A stretch of DNA of 64,000 nt from an uncultured bacterium (GTDB taxonomy: Bacteria; Fidelibacterota; Marinisomatia; Marinisomatales; UBA2128). A program made the position numbers and the translations under genes. Positions 48,500-56,403 of the stretch are shown piece after piece. The stretch's first letter is position 1. The number at the start of each line of letters is the position of its first letter. The stretch is from assembly GCA_964534955.1 (NCBI GenBank), contig CAZHRR010000002.1:11069-75068 (forward strand), read 5' to 3'. Under the pieces are notes generated by a model. It did no database searches. It was given only the letters and a program-made list of their open reading frames with translations, and was not told the origin of the DNA.

Positions 48500-49977
48500 C
48501 AACGAATAGACAGAAAGAGTTTTTCGATGCGCTCATCCGTGTGAGCGAAGCCATGCTTGAGAAGGATGACACACATCTGCTCTTGGAACGAATTCTTGAT
48601 ATAGCCATGGAAGTAGTGGAAGCAGAGAGAGGATTTGTACTGGTATCAAGCCTTCAGGAGAAAGGGGAGATTATTCCGGCGATTTACAGGAATATCGATC
48701 CTGAGAACTTCCTTGAGAAGGAACGCTATTCGCGCGGGGTTGTGGAACAGGTGATGGAAACCGGTGAACCGGTCGTCACAATCAATGCTGTTGAAGACGA
48801 ACGATTTAAGGGACGGGAAAGTGTGGTCATTAACAAGCTGACCTCTATTATATGTGTACCTATCCAATACGGAAAAGACCGGGTTGGCTACATCTATCTG
48901 GACAGTCAGGACCGGCGTTCCCGATTCAACATGGAGTCGCTTGACTTTATGAAAGTCTTCTCGACTCAGGCAGGTCTGGCCTTGGCCAACACTGATTTTG
49001 TCAGTCGTCTCTCCCTGGAAATTGAAGCGCTTCGTTCCCAAACGGAAACTGAGTATCCCTTCAGTGAGATTATCGGCCGAAGTCCCGGCATTAAAGAAGT
49101 ATTCAAGATAACTGAAAAGGTGATGGCTACAGACGTACCTGTTATAATTCTGGGCGATAGCGGAACAGGTAAGGAGCTAATCGCCAGAGCCATCCATTTC
49201 AAGGGTCTCCGCTCTGATAAGCCGTTTATAGCACAGTTCTGCGGGGCTCTTTCTGACAACCTGCTGGAGAGCGAGCTTTTTGGATACAAAAAGGGTGCAT
49301 TCACTGGTGCCGCGAAGGATAAGCCGGGCCTGATCGAAGCGGCGAATGGCGGGACGTTCTTCCTCGATGAAATTGCCGATGTTTCGCTGGAGATTCAAAC
49401 CAAGTTATTGCGCTTTATCCAGGAAGGTGAATTCCGGCGAGTGGGTGACACTCAAATCCGAAAAGCTGATGTGCGAATCATCTCTGCCACGAATAAAGAT
49501 TTAGAGGCAGTGGTTAAAGAAGGCAAGTTCCGTGAAGATCTCTATTATCGACTAAATGTGGTTTCCATCCACATGCCGTCCCTTTCCGAGCGGCGTGATG
49601 ATATTCCACTTCTTGCTGACTATTTCCTTGAAAAGTACTGCCAGCGGCACCACAAAAAGATCGATGGATTTACGCAGTCTGCAATGGAAGCAATGTTAAG
49701 GCACGACTGGCCAGGTAATGTTCGAGAACTTCAAAATGCCATTCAGAGGGGTGTGACACTGTGTACGGAAGATAAAATCACTCCTGAGCAACTTGGTCTC
49801 TTCGGAAGCTACGATGCAGACGAAGCTGAGCCTCAGACATTGGAAGAGATGGAGCGTGCCTTTGTGCTCCAGATATTGCGGGATATGGACGGTAACAGGA
49901 CCAAAACTGCTCAGAAATTAGGGAAGTCTCTGCGGTGGCTTCAATACCGTCTGAAGGAATGGCAGATTGAAGATTAA
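48496..49977 (+). CDS. Sigma-54-dependent transcriptional activator (GAF-AAA+-HTH, no receiver domain)
   Basis: N-terminal GAF-like domain, Walker A GDSGTGKE, GAFTGA, ESELFG and a C-terminal Fis-type HTH (RTKTAQKLGKS). Confidence 0.9.
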   Translation: MTTNRQKEFFDALIRVSEAMLEKDDTHLLLERILDIAMEVVEAERGFVLVSSLQEKGEIIPAIYRNIDPENFLEKERYSRGVVEQVMETGEPVVTINAVEDERFKGRESVVINKLTSIICVPIQYGKDRVGYIYLDSQDRRSRFNMESLDFMKVFSTQAGLALANTDFVSRLSLEIEALRSQTETEYPFSEIIGRSPGIKEVFKITEKVMATDVPVIILGDSGTGKELIARAIHFKGLRSDKPFIAQFCGALSDNLLESELFGYKKGAFTGAAKDKPGLIEAANGGTFFLDEIADVSLEIQTKLLRFIQEGEFRRVGDTQIRKADVRIISATNKDLEAVVKEGKFREDLYYRLNVVSIHMPSLSERRDDIPLLADYFLEKYCQRHHKKIDGFTQSAMEAMLRHDWPGNVRELQNAIQRGVTLCTEDKITPEQLGLFGSYDADEAEPQTLEEMERAFVLQILRDMDGNRTKTAQKLGKSLRWLQYRLKEWQIED

Positions 49978-51547
49978 CGGATACACAATTTTACAAGTTA
50001 TCACTGAAACTCAAGGTATGAAAACTGCCGTAGCAATACAGGAGTCTCTTGATCGTAAAGTCTTTTTGAAAATACTCACCAAGGATTTTTCTTCTCACGA
50101 AGATATACTGGTGCAGTTCGAGAGTGAAGCAAAGGCACTGGCGAAGCTGGATGATCCGAACATCGTAACCGTTTACGAGTTTGTGCGAACCGGAGAAACC
50201 CCGTTCATTGTGCTGGAGTACTATCTGGGGGACGACCTTCATTCGATTCTGCAGGAGCGAGGGCCATTCAGCGAAGACGAATTGTTCAGCGTCATGGAAC
50301 AGTGTTTAAAGGCTGTTTCCGGAGCGCATACCGCCGGAATACTGCATCGCGATATTAAGCCCGAGAACGTGCTCATGAATGATGGCGGCCTGGTTAAAAT
50401 TACAGATTTTGGTATGGCAAGCCTGAAAGGTTCTTCTGATGCTGAACTGTTTTCTGGGGGAACGCCAGGTTATCTGGCGCCGGAACTGGCGTTGGGAGAA
50501 GCTCCTTCGGAACAAACTGATATATTTGCTCTTGGCATGACGTTATATGAACTGGCGTCGGGAGTAAATCCTTTGCGTGAGGATGATCTGAACAAAGCTC
50601 TCAATCTGGCAGTTTCTCATATTCCTGATAAGCTGAGTGCACAACGTGAAGAACTTTCTCAACCTCTAATAAGAATCATAGAGCGGATGATCGTGAAATC
50701 ACCTGATGAGCGTTATAAGAATTGTGAAAGAGCTTTATCAGATCTCAAGGAAATTGGAATAGGAACAGCCAAGGAGCCAGAAGCACCCGTGGTTAGGCAG
50801 AAAACGACGACACCTAAAAGCAATTTGAAGCAGAAAAGATGGTTGCGCGCTGTCCCATTTGCTGTTTTGATCGCGGTTATCATCGGTTACTGGTGGTTGT
50901 CGTCATATCAGGATGAAGGCGTGGTGCCCACTACTGAATCGCAGCAGTTAGATGAAGACATTCCTCCCTCGGAAGTCGTAGCTGAGGATAAGTATACCAA
51001 GGAAGTTCAGCCACCAACTTTTGAGGCTGAACAGCAAGATGCGGTTCAAGTAGCGGCTGTGAAAGAGACACAAGCATCAGAGGTGCCTCAATCACTAGGG
51101 GGGGTGACAGCGAATATCAATGTTGGTAAGTCAAAGTCAGGTATTCTAATTATGGCGAACCCGTGGGCAGAAATCTCCATTGACAACAAAACCATTGGAA
51201 CCACACCATTTAAAACTCCTGTGACTCTTGCCGCCGGAGATCACGAAGTTCTCTTCCGGAATCCGGATTATCCAGAATACTCCCGGTCATTTACTTTACA
51301 AGATTCAAGTATTGATACACTTTATTTTCGTTGGGAAGATGTTTTTGGATACGTGGAGTTATCGGCTCATCCCTGGGCTAAAGTATGGATTGATGGTAGG
51401 TACATTGACGTTACACCTTTGGAAGGTAATCTGGCACTGTCGGTCGGTGAACATCATCTACTGCTGAAGAATCCTGATTTTCCGGTTTGGCAAAAGTACT
51501 TCAATGTAACAGCAGGCGATACAGTTCATTTTAAAGTGCAGTTGTGA
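49967..51547 (+). CDS. Hanks-type Ser/Thr protein kinase with a TM segment and two PEGA-like domains
   Basis: HRDIKPENVLM, DFGMA and GTPGYLAPE motifs. A TM segment (AVPFAVLIAVIIGYWWL). C-terminal ANPWAEISIDNKTIGTTPF and AHPWAKVWIDGRYIDVTPL. The TTG start overlaps the activator gene. Confidence 0.9.
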   Translation: MKINGYTILQVITETQGMKTAVAIQESLDRKVFLKILTKDFSSHEDILVQFESEAKALAKLDDPNIVTVYEFVRTGETPFIVLEYYLGDDLHSILQERGPFSEDELFSVMEQCLKAVSGAHTAGILHRDIKPENVLMNDGGLVKITDFGMASLKGSSDAELFSGGTPGYLAPELALGEAPSEQTDIFALGMTLYELASGVNPLREDDLNKALNLAVSHIPDKLSAQREELSQPLIRIIERMIVKSPDERYKNCERALSDLKEIGIGTAKEPEAPVVRQKTTTPKSNLKQKRWLRAVPFAVLIAVIIGYWWLSSYQDEGVVPTTESQQLDEDIPPSEVVAEDKYTKEVQPPTFEAEQQDAVQVAAVKETQASEVPQSLGGVTANINVGKSKSGILIMANPWAEISIDNKTIGTTPFKTPVTLAAGDHEVLFRNPDYPEYSRSFTLQDSSIDTLYFRWEDVFGYVELSAHPWAKVWIDGRYIDVTPLEGNLALSVGEHHLLLKNPDFPVWQKYFNVTAGDTVHFKVQL

Positions 51548-51569
51548 TGGAAACACAAAAACAGAGTTT

Positions 51570-51585
51570 TGGCACGGGGTTTGCA
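51570..51585 (+). promoter_or_regulatory. Sigma-54 (-24/-12) promoter
   Basis: TGGCACGGGGTTTGCA matches TGGCAC-N5-TTGCW exactly. It lies 22 nt after the kinase stop and 14 nt before the next ATG. Confidence 0.7.
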
Positions 51586-51599
51586 CTATTATAACTGAG

Positions 51600-52844
51600 A
51601 TGAAAATCAACCTCAGAATAATCACTGTCACACTGCTTTTTTTCGGCAACATTCTGGCACAGGGTGAATGGTCTGAACGGGCTGCACTACCGGAACATAG
51701 AGTGGGACACGCAGCGGTTGTTGTAGATTCAATAATCTACCTCATTGGAGGAAAGGGCGGGCAGCAGCACCACTCCTCGGATGAGTTCTGGTCATACAAT
51801 CCTGAAACAGATACATGGAACACAGATCTTCCGTCTCTGAACAACCCCCGGTCTTCACTGACGGCAGCGGCGATGGGCGATACTATCCTTGTTTTTGGCG
51901 GGAGGCATATGTCCAATATTGAGGAGGACGTTGAGCAGTATATAATTGGCTCAGAATCCTGGGAGGTAGTAGGGACCATGCCCGAACCGCGTATGGGATT
52001 GGGCAGTGCAGTCATTGACGGAAAAGTTTATCTCTTCGGCGGCAAGACCTCGGCAGGGATGTTTGCGTTACCTACAGATCAAGTAGATGTTTTTGATCCC
52101 TTCATGGATGAATGGACTGAAGGTCCATCTCTAAATCAGGCAAGGACGGATTTTGGAAGTTCTTCAATGGAGAACACGATTATATGTGCAGGGGGGAGCT
52201 CTGTAGATCCGTTGTCTGATGTTGAGATACTTGAGGACCAAACAGCATGGACAGAAATCGCACCCCTCGACGAGCCGAGAAGCAATACGTCCGCTGTCTT
52301 TCTTGATGGACAGTTTGTACTCCTCGGTGGCTATACATCAGAAGGACTCAGTCAGTCTAATCTTATTCTCGTGGGTGACCTGTGGGAAGAGTTTCCTGAG
52401 ATGCTGCTGCCGAGATACGATCATACTTCAGTAGAATTGGATGGAAAGATCTACGTGATGGGCGGCCGCAGCGGCCAGCAGCCTATGGATTCTCACGAAC
52501 GTTACATGCCGACGGCTTCCGTAAACGAAGAGTTCGATTCAATGCCAAAGTCATTTGAAGTTACTGGTCCGTATCCCAACCCGTTCAACAGTACATTCGC
52601 CTTTGCAATTCATCTACCTTCGGATGCACTTGGTAACCTCAGCATGAAACTCATCGATGTTAGAGGTTTGCTGGTCTATGAGGGAAATCTTTACGGGACA
52701 GGAAATGGAGATATTATCCGAATAGACATGGAACAACTGCAGTTGGGATTTTTGTCAAGTGGCATCTACATCCTGCAGCTTCAGTGGTCAGATACAAAAA
52801 CAACTATATTATCAACAGCTCGCAGGATTGTCTATCTAAAATGA
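51600..52844 (+). CDS. Kelch-repeat protein with a T9SS C-terminal sorting domain
   Basis: Signal peptide, ~6 Kelch-like blades (repeated ..Y.IGG / VFGG / LFGG / VMGG) and a C-terminal PYPNPFNSTFAF...GIYILQL...IVYLK. Confidence 0.8.
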   Translation: MKINLRIITVTLLFFGNILAQGEWSERAALPEHRVGHAAVVVDSIIYLIGGKGGQQHHSSDEFWSYNPETDTWNTDLPSLNNPRSSLTAAAMGDTILVFGGRHMSNIEEDVEQYIIGSESWEVVGTMPEPRMGLGSAVIDGKVYLFGGKTSAGMFALPTDQVDVFDPFMDEWTEGPSLNQARTDFGSSSMENTIICAGGSSVDPLSDVEILEDQTAWTEIAPLDEPRSNTSAVFLDGQFVLLGGYTSEGLSQSNLILVGDLWEEFPEMLLPRYDHTSVELDGKIYVMGGRSGQQPMDSHERYMPTASVNEEFDSMPKSFEVTGPYPNPFNSTFAFAIHLPSDALGNLSMKLIDVRGLLVYEGNLYGTGNGDIIRIDMEQLQLGFLSSGIYILQLQWSDTKTTILSTARRIVYLK

Positions 52845-53551
52845 ATCGTCTATTTCTCATAATATCTTTACTGTCTGGGGGCTGTTTTGCATTACCTCAA
52901 AGTGAGAGTGATGAGGATATATCCTCTAAAGCTGTACGGGAAGCATATAATTCAATGCAGTACAAAGATGTTATCAGGATGGTGAAAGCAGAACTGGAGA
53001 CTCATCCCAGCCAGAACCGGGAAGATCTGAGATTGTATTTGAAGTACCTGGCATTAGCACTCTTCGTGGAGGAAGGCGAGGAAGCTGCTACTGGTGCTCT
53101 TACCTCACTGCTGTTGGTAGATCCTGCATTCGAATTTTCTGAGAGTGAAGCTTCACCGAAAATATTGGCTCTGTTTGAAAGCATCAGGCAGAACGGGCAG
53201 TACTCAAATGAAGCTGAGCATGAAGTTGATAAATACATTGTGGTAGAGGATACCCGAAATTCTGAGATTCTGGCATCCGCACTTTTTCCAGGGCAGGGAC
53301 AGCTAATGCGAAATCAGTCCAGGGGGTATATTTACCGGGCAGTTTTTGGATTTTCTCTCGGTGGAGGTTTGTACTATGCATATCTGACCAGCAAGAACCA
53401 TGAAGAGTATTTGCAGTCATATAACCAGACAGCTATAGATTTGGCGTATGATGAATATAATTTTAGCTACAAGGCGAGGAATAATCTTTTTCTTCTATCA
53501 CTGATAACCTACATAGTAAGTCTCGCGGACGTAGCTCTTACCTCTAAATAG
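52841..53551 (+). CDS. Lipoprotein-like protein with a DUF5683-like C-terminal membrane region
   Basis: ATGA overlap with the Kelch gene. Signal (LLSGGCFA), a helical repeat region, then ALFPGQGQLMRNQSRGYIYRAVFGF. Confidence 0.45.
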   Translation: MNRLFLIISLLSGGCFALPQSESDEDISSKAVREAYNSMQYKDVIRMVKAELETHPSQNREDLRLYLKYLALALFVEEGEEAATGALTSLLLVDPAFEFSESEASPKILALFESIRQNGQYSNEAEHEVDKYIVVEDTRNSEILASALFPGQGQLMRNQSRGYIYRAVFGFSLGGGLYYAYLTSKNHEEYLQSYNQTAIDLAYDEYNFSYKARNNLFLLSLITYIVSLADVALTSK

Positions 53552-53739
53552 CTACCTATTTCACTCTAAACGATACGCAGAATTTGCGCACCCCTATGCA
53601 GACTATTCGCAGCTGCCTTCCCGTTTCTAATGGATTGAAAGATTGTAACGAAGAGAAAATCGTTTGGCATGGTATTTGTCTCCGTATAGGCAGAATGATG
53701 AATAAAACAACTAACTTAGCAACAGATAAGGAGAACAAA

Positions 53740-54681
53740 ATGAAAACTACAAGTGTAATAAGGCTTCTTGCTATTGCCATCACGTCTTTTGCGGTGATGT
53801 TCTTGGTTCCTGATCTTGCAGCTCAAGGTCATGGCGGAGGCATGGGCGGAGGCGGTAACGGCGGTGGCATGGGTGGAGGCGACTGCGGAGGCGATTCCAC
53901 GGGTCACGGCGGCGGTATGCACGACTCACTGGAAGTAATAACAGCGAGTGGTATTGTACTTATTGATTCAACCGAGATGGGTTGGAATCACGATTCTACA
54001 GGTCATGGGGGAGGTTGCAACGATGATTCTTCTGGTCATGGCCACGGGAACCACGGTTTCTACGGACATAACGGTTCCGGTAATAGCGAGATGGACATGA
54101 CAAGTTATATGGATGAAAGAGACTTTGGCGACTCGCTCATGCTCGTTTACTTTCTAGATGAAGATGAAGACGGTGAAGCCGATTATGTTTTGAACTTTGG
54201 TCCACCATGGTATACTCCGGAAGATTCAACACTGACCCGTCCGGAAGCGGGCGAGTATATCACCGTGAGTGGTTATCTCATGACTGAGTCACCGATGTGG
54301 GATTTCAGTGTAATCATTGTGACGGAGCTGAATGGCCAACCCTGGCGAGATTTTGATGGTTTTGGACACGGAGGCAGGATATCCGGGCTTGACAGGAAGA
54401 TCTCCTATATCGGCAGTCACGGAAACTTCCCGAATCCATTCAACCCGTCCACAACCGTCACTTTCGAGATTCTCGAAGCCTCTAAAGTCAAAGTGACAAT
54501 CTATGATATTCTCGGTCGCGAAGTGAATACGCTGATGAACAGGTATGCTGTACCAGGAACATACAATGTTGTATGGGACGGCAGTGGAATTGGCGGCAGT
54601 CAAGTAGCTGCTGGACTCTACCTGTATCGAATCAGTACAAATACGAGTTCCGTGACCAAACTGATTAATTATCTCAAGTAA
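53740..54681 (+). CDS. Gly/His-rich secreted protein with a T9SS C-terminal sorting domain
   Basis: The ATG at 53740 follows aaggaga. Signal peptide, then GHGGGMGGGGNGGGMGGGDCGGDSTGHGGGMH and STGHGGGCNDDSSGHGHGNHGFYGHNG. The C-terminus is FPNPFNPSTTVTF...GLYLYRI...LINYLK. Confidence 0.6.
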   Translation: MKTTSVIRLLAIAITSFAVMFLVPDLAAQGHGGGMGGGGNGGGMGGGDCGGDSTGHGGGMHDSLEVITASGIVLIDSTEMGWNHDSTGHGGGCNDDSSGHGHGNHGFYGHNGSGNSEMDMTSYMDERDFGDSLMLVYFLDEDEDGEADYVLNFGPPWYTPEDSTLTRPEAGEYITVSGYLMTESPMWDFSVIIVTELNGQPWRDFDGFGHGGRISGLDRKISYIGSHGNFPNPFNPSTTVTFEILEASKVKVTIYDILGREVNTLMNRYAVPGTYNVVWDGSGIGGSQVAAGLYLYRISTNTSSVTKLINYLK

Positions 54682-54712
54682 GACGCACGGAAATATAGAT
54701 TCAAACAAACGA

Positions 54713-54744
54713 AGAGGCGCTCTGTTGGGCGCCTCTCTTTTTTT
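54713..54744 (+). terminator. Rho-independent terminator
   Basis: The stem AGAGGCGC (54713-54720) / GCGCCTCT (54729-54736) is followed by CTTTTTTT. Confidence 0.75.
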
Positions 54745-55338
54745 CTTAGTCATAATAGTCAGGTAATTGGTTTTTGTGTTAAACAAAAGAGGCGGTAAAT
54801 AATCTTGATTAATTCGGCGTTTTTGAAAGCGATAAAGAAGACGAGAAAAAACAGTTAATCGGGGGAACTCTGAATCTAATTCGCAGAAATCGCTTGATGT
54901 TTCCGTGGTAACAGTTGGCCATCAAAGGGATGCATTGTGCTGGATATGCTGCCTCTACAGTAATGGCTGTAAGTTAGCTATCAGTGGAAATAAATTCTCT
55001 CAGACTCGGAAAAATAGAATCTGAACCAACTTTTTTTTCTATGTAATAGAGTCCATTTCTCGTCGAGAAAAGGGTAGTTACTAGATAATTTTAAAAAGAG
55101 TGCTTATTCAATTTTTTCTTGACATTTATTCAAGAAGTCCTTAGCATTGGGCAATTCAGTATGGTTATGATCTCGGAGCGATCAAACTACTTATCTCATC
55201 CACACAAGATTTATCTTCGTGTCTTGACCTGTGACTCAAATGGAAAAACCAGGGTTATCGGATTCCTTTGAGGTTCTGGCTTAGGCTGATAACAGGTAAA
55301 GACAGCAGTTAGTCACTAACCAAGTAGGAGGGTTCATA

Positions 55339-55557
55339 ATGGCTACATTAAAGGATACATTCTCAACCATATCAGGATGGGCTGGTGATATCGTAAATCT
55401 GGGTCTATCCCTGGCATTGGTATTCCTGATCGTAGATATCCTGTTTCCAGGAACGACCGGTATTGTAGGCAACGTGGCTGACCTTGTGTCAGAGTTCACG
55501 AGTGAAGGTCTTGTTGGTCTCATTACCTTCATCGTCTTCCTGGCTATTTACAGGTAG
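55339..55557 (+). CDS. Small two-TM membrane protein, paralog A (72 aa)
   Basis: RBS aggaggg lies upstream, and the gene ends in a TAG TAG double stop. Many differences from paralog B are synonymous in this frame (for example D I L F P G T T G is conserved through gat/gac, atc/att, ctg/tta, cca/ccg, acg/act, acc/aca). Confidence 0.6.
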   Translation: MATLKDTFSTISGWAGDIVNLGLSLALVFLIVDILFPGTTGIVGNVADLVSEFTSEGLVGLITFIVFLAIYR

Positions 55558-55581
55558 TAGGCAGTACTTATAAGGGAAATT

Positions 55582-55606
55582 CGTCCCCTCTTTCGTGGAG
55601 GGGACG
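55582..55606 (+). terminator. GC-rich hairpin between the two small genes (weak T-tract)
   Basis: The 9-bp stem is CGTCCCCTC (55582-55590) / GAGGGGACG (55598-55606). Confidence 0.45.
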
Positions 55607-55703
55607 GACTTTCCCCTGTACACGCTTTCCCTGTTCGAATTCACTTTCTTGAACGGGGGCTGAGGGATACTCACCTACCAATTGAATCAGGAGAACTAAG
55701 CCA

Positions 55704-55925
55704 ATGGCTACATTGAGAGATACATTAAGGACGACGAGCGGCTGGATGAAGGAAATTTTCGAATTCGGCGTCGCTCTAATCCTGCTATTCGTTGTGATCG
55801 ACATTTTATTTCCGGGAACTACAGGTGTCGTGAACAACATTGGGGAGATAGTGAGCAACTTTGCCTCTGAAGGTATTGTGGGGCTGATTGCATTGCTCAT
55901 CTTCCTGCTAATCTACAAGCGATAG
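55704..55925 (+). CDS. Small two-TM membrane protein, paralog B (73 aa)
   Basis: RBS caggaga lies upstream, and the gene ends in a TAG TAG double stop. By my manual count, 40 of 72 aligned residues are identical to paralog A. Two hairpins follow (55946-55979, 55986-56025). Confidence 0.6.
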   Translation: MATLRDTLRTTSGWMKEIFEFGVALILLFVVIDILFPGTTGVVNNIGEIVSNFASEGIVGLIALLIFLLIYKR

Positions 55926-56348
55926 TAGAATAGTTAAGTCTTAAAATACATTACCCCTAGTACAATTGGGGGGATGTATCTTTGGACCCGGTTTCTTTTT
56001 GGCGCAATGCCAAAAGGAATCGGGTTCGGTTATTTTAGAAGTTCAGAGTATAATATATTGGGAAGGATAGGTTATCCTGGATTTCTTAAATCTCACCGGC
56101 TCCGATACGTCCGTGCCGATCGTATATCCATTCACCAATGAATTCCCGGGCAAGGCGGTGTTCAATTTGTAAAGCTGACTCGTTGGTATTTAACTTATGT
56201 TTGACTTGATGGATGATAGTACCGTATTCCTTGGCTTCCAGTTTTGTTTTTTTAATGTTCACTTCAATCTCCAATATTTATGTCCTGTCCTTTACTAATT
56301 ATAAACTGGAGCATTTACTTAAGTCAATGATAGAGTTCTTATAGGAAC

Positions 56349-56377
56349 TTGACATTGTAAAATTTACATATTATGTT
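56349..56377 (+). promoter_or_regulatory. Sigma-70-like promoter with an embedded palindrome, upstream of the XRE regulator
   Basis: TTGACA (56349-56354), a 17-nt spacer, then TATGTT (56372-56377). The spacer contains the palindrome TGTAAA-A-TTTACA (56356-56368). Confidence 0.4.
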
Positions 56378-56403
56378 GATCATTATTTTAATAGGATAAT
56401 AGA

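Noticed and set aside
51505-51512. TGTAACAG upstream of the sigma-54 promoter matches a half-site of the 46702-46730 inverted repeat, so it could be an activator binding site.
   Set aside because: It is a single 8-mer with no inverted partner nearby. About two chance occurrences of any 8-mer are expected in 64 kb when both strands are counted, so it is not evidence by itself.
55656-55663. GGGGCTGA resembles the 5' end of tmRNA.
   Set aside because: There is no downstream tag-reading frame, pseudoknot region or tRNA-like 3' end (no GGTTCGAATCC..CCA). It lies in the leader of the second small gene.
56086-56274. 62-aa minus-strand ORF divergent from the XRE regulator, considered as a possible small toxin, antitoxin or regulator partner.
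   Set aside because: It has no ATG; only a TTG directly after an in-frame TAA-ATA, or a GTG, could serve as a start. There is no convincing RBS and I recognise no family. It remains possible but is unsupported.
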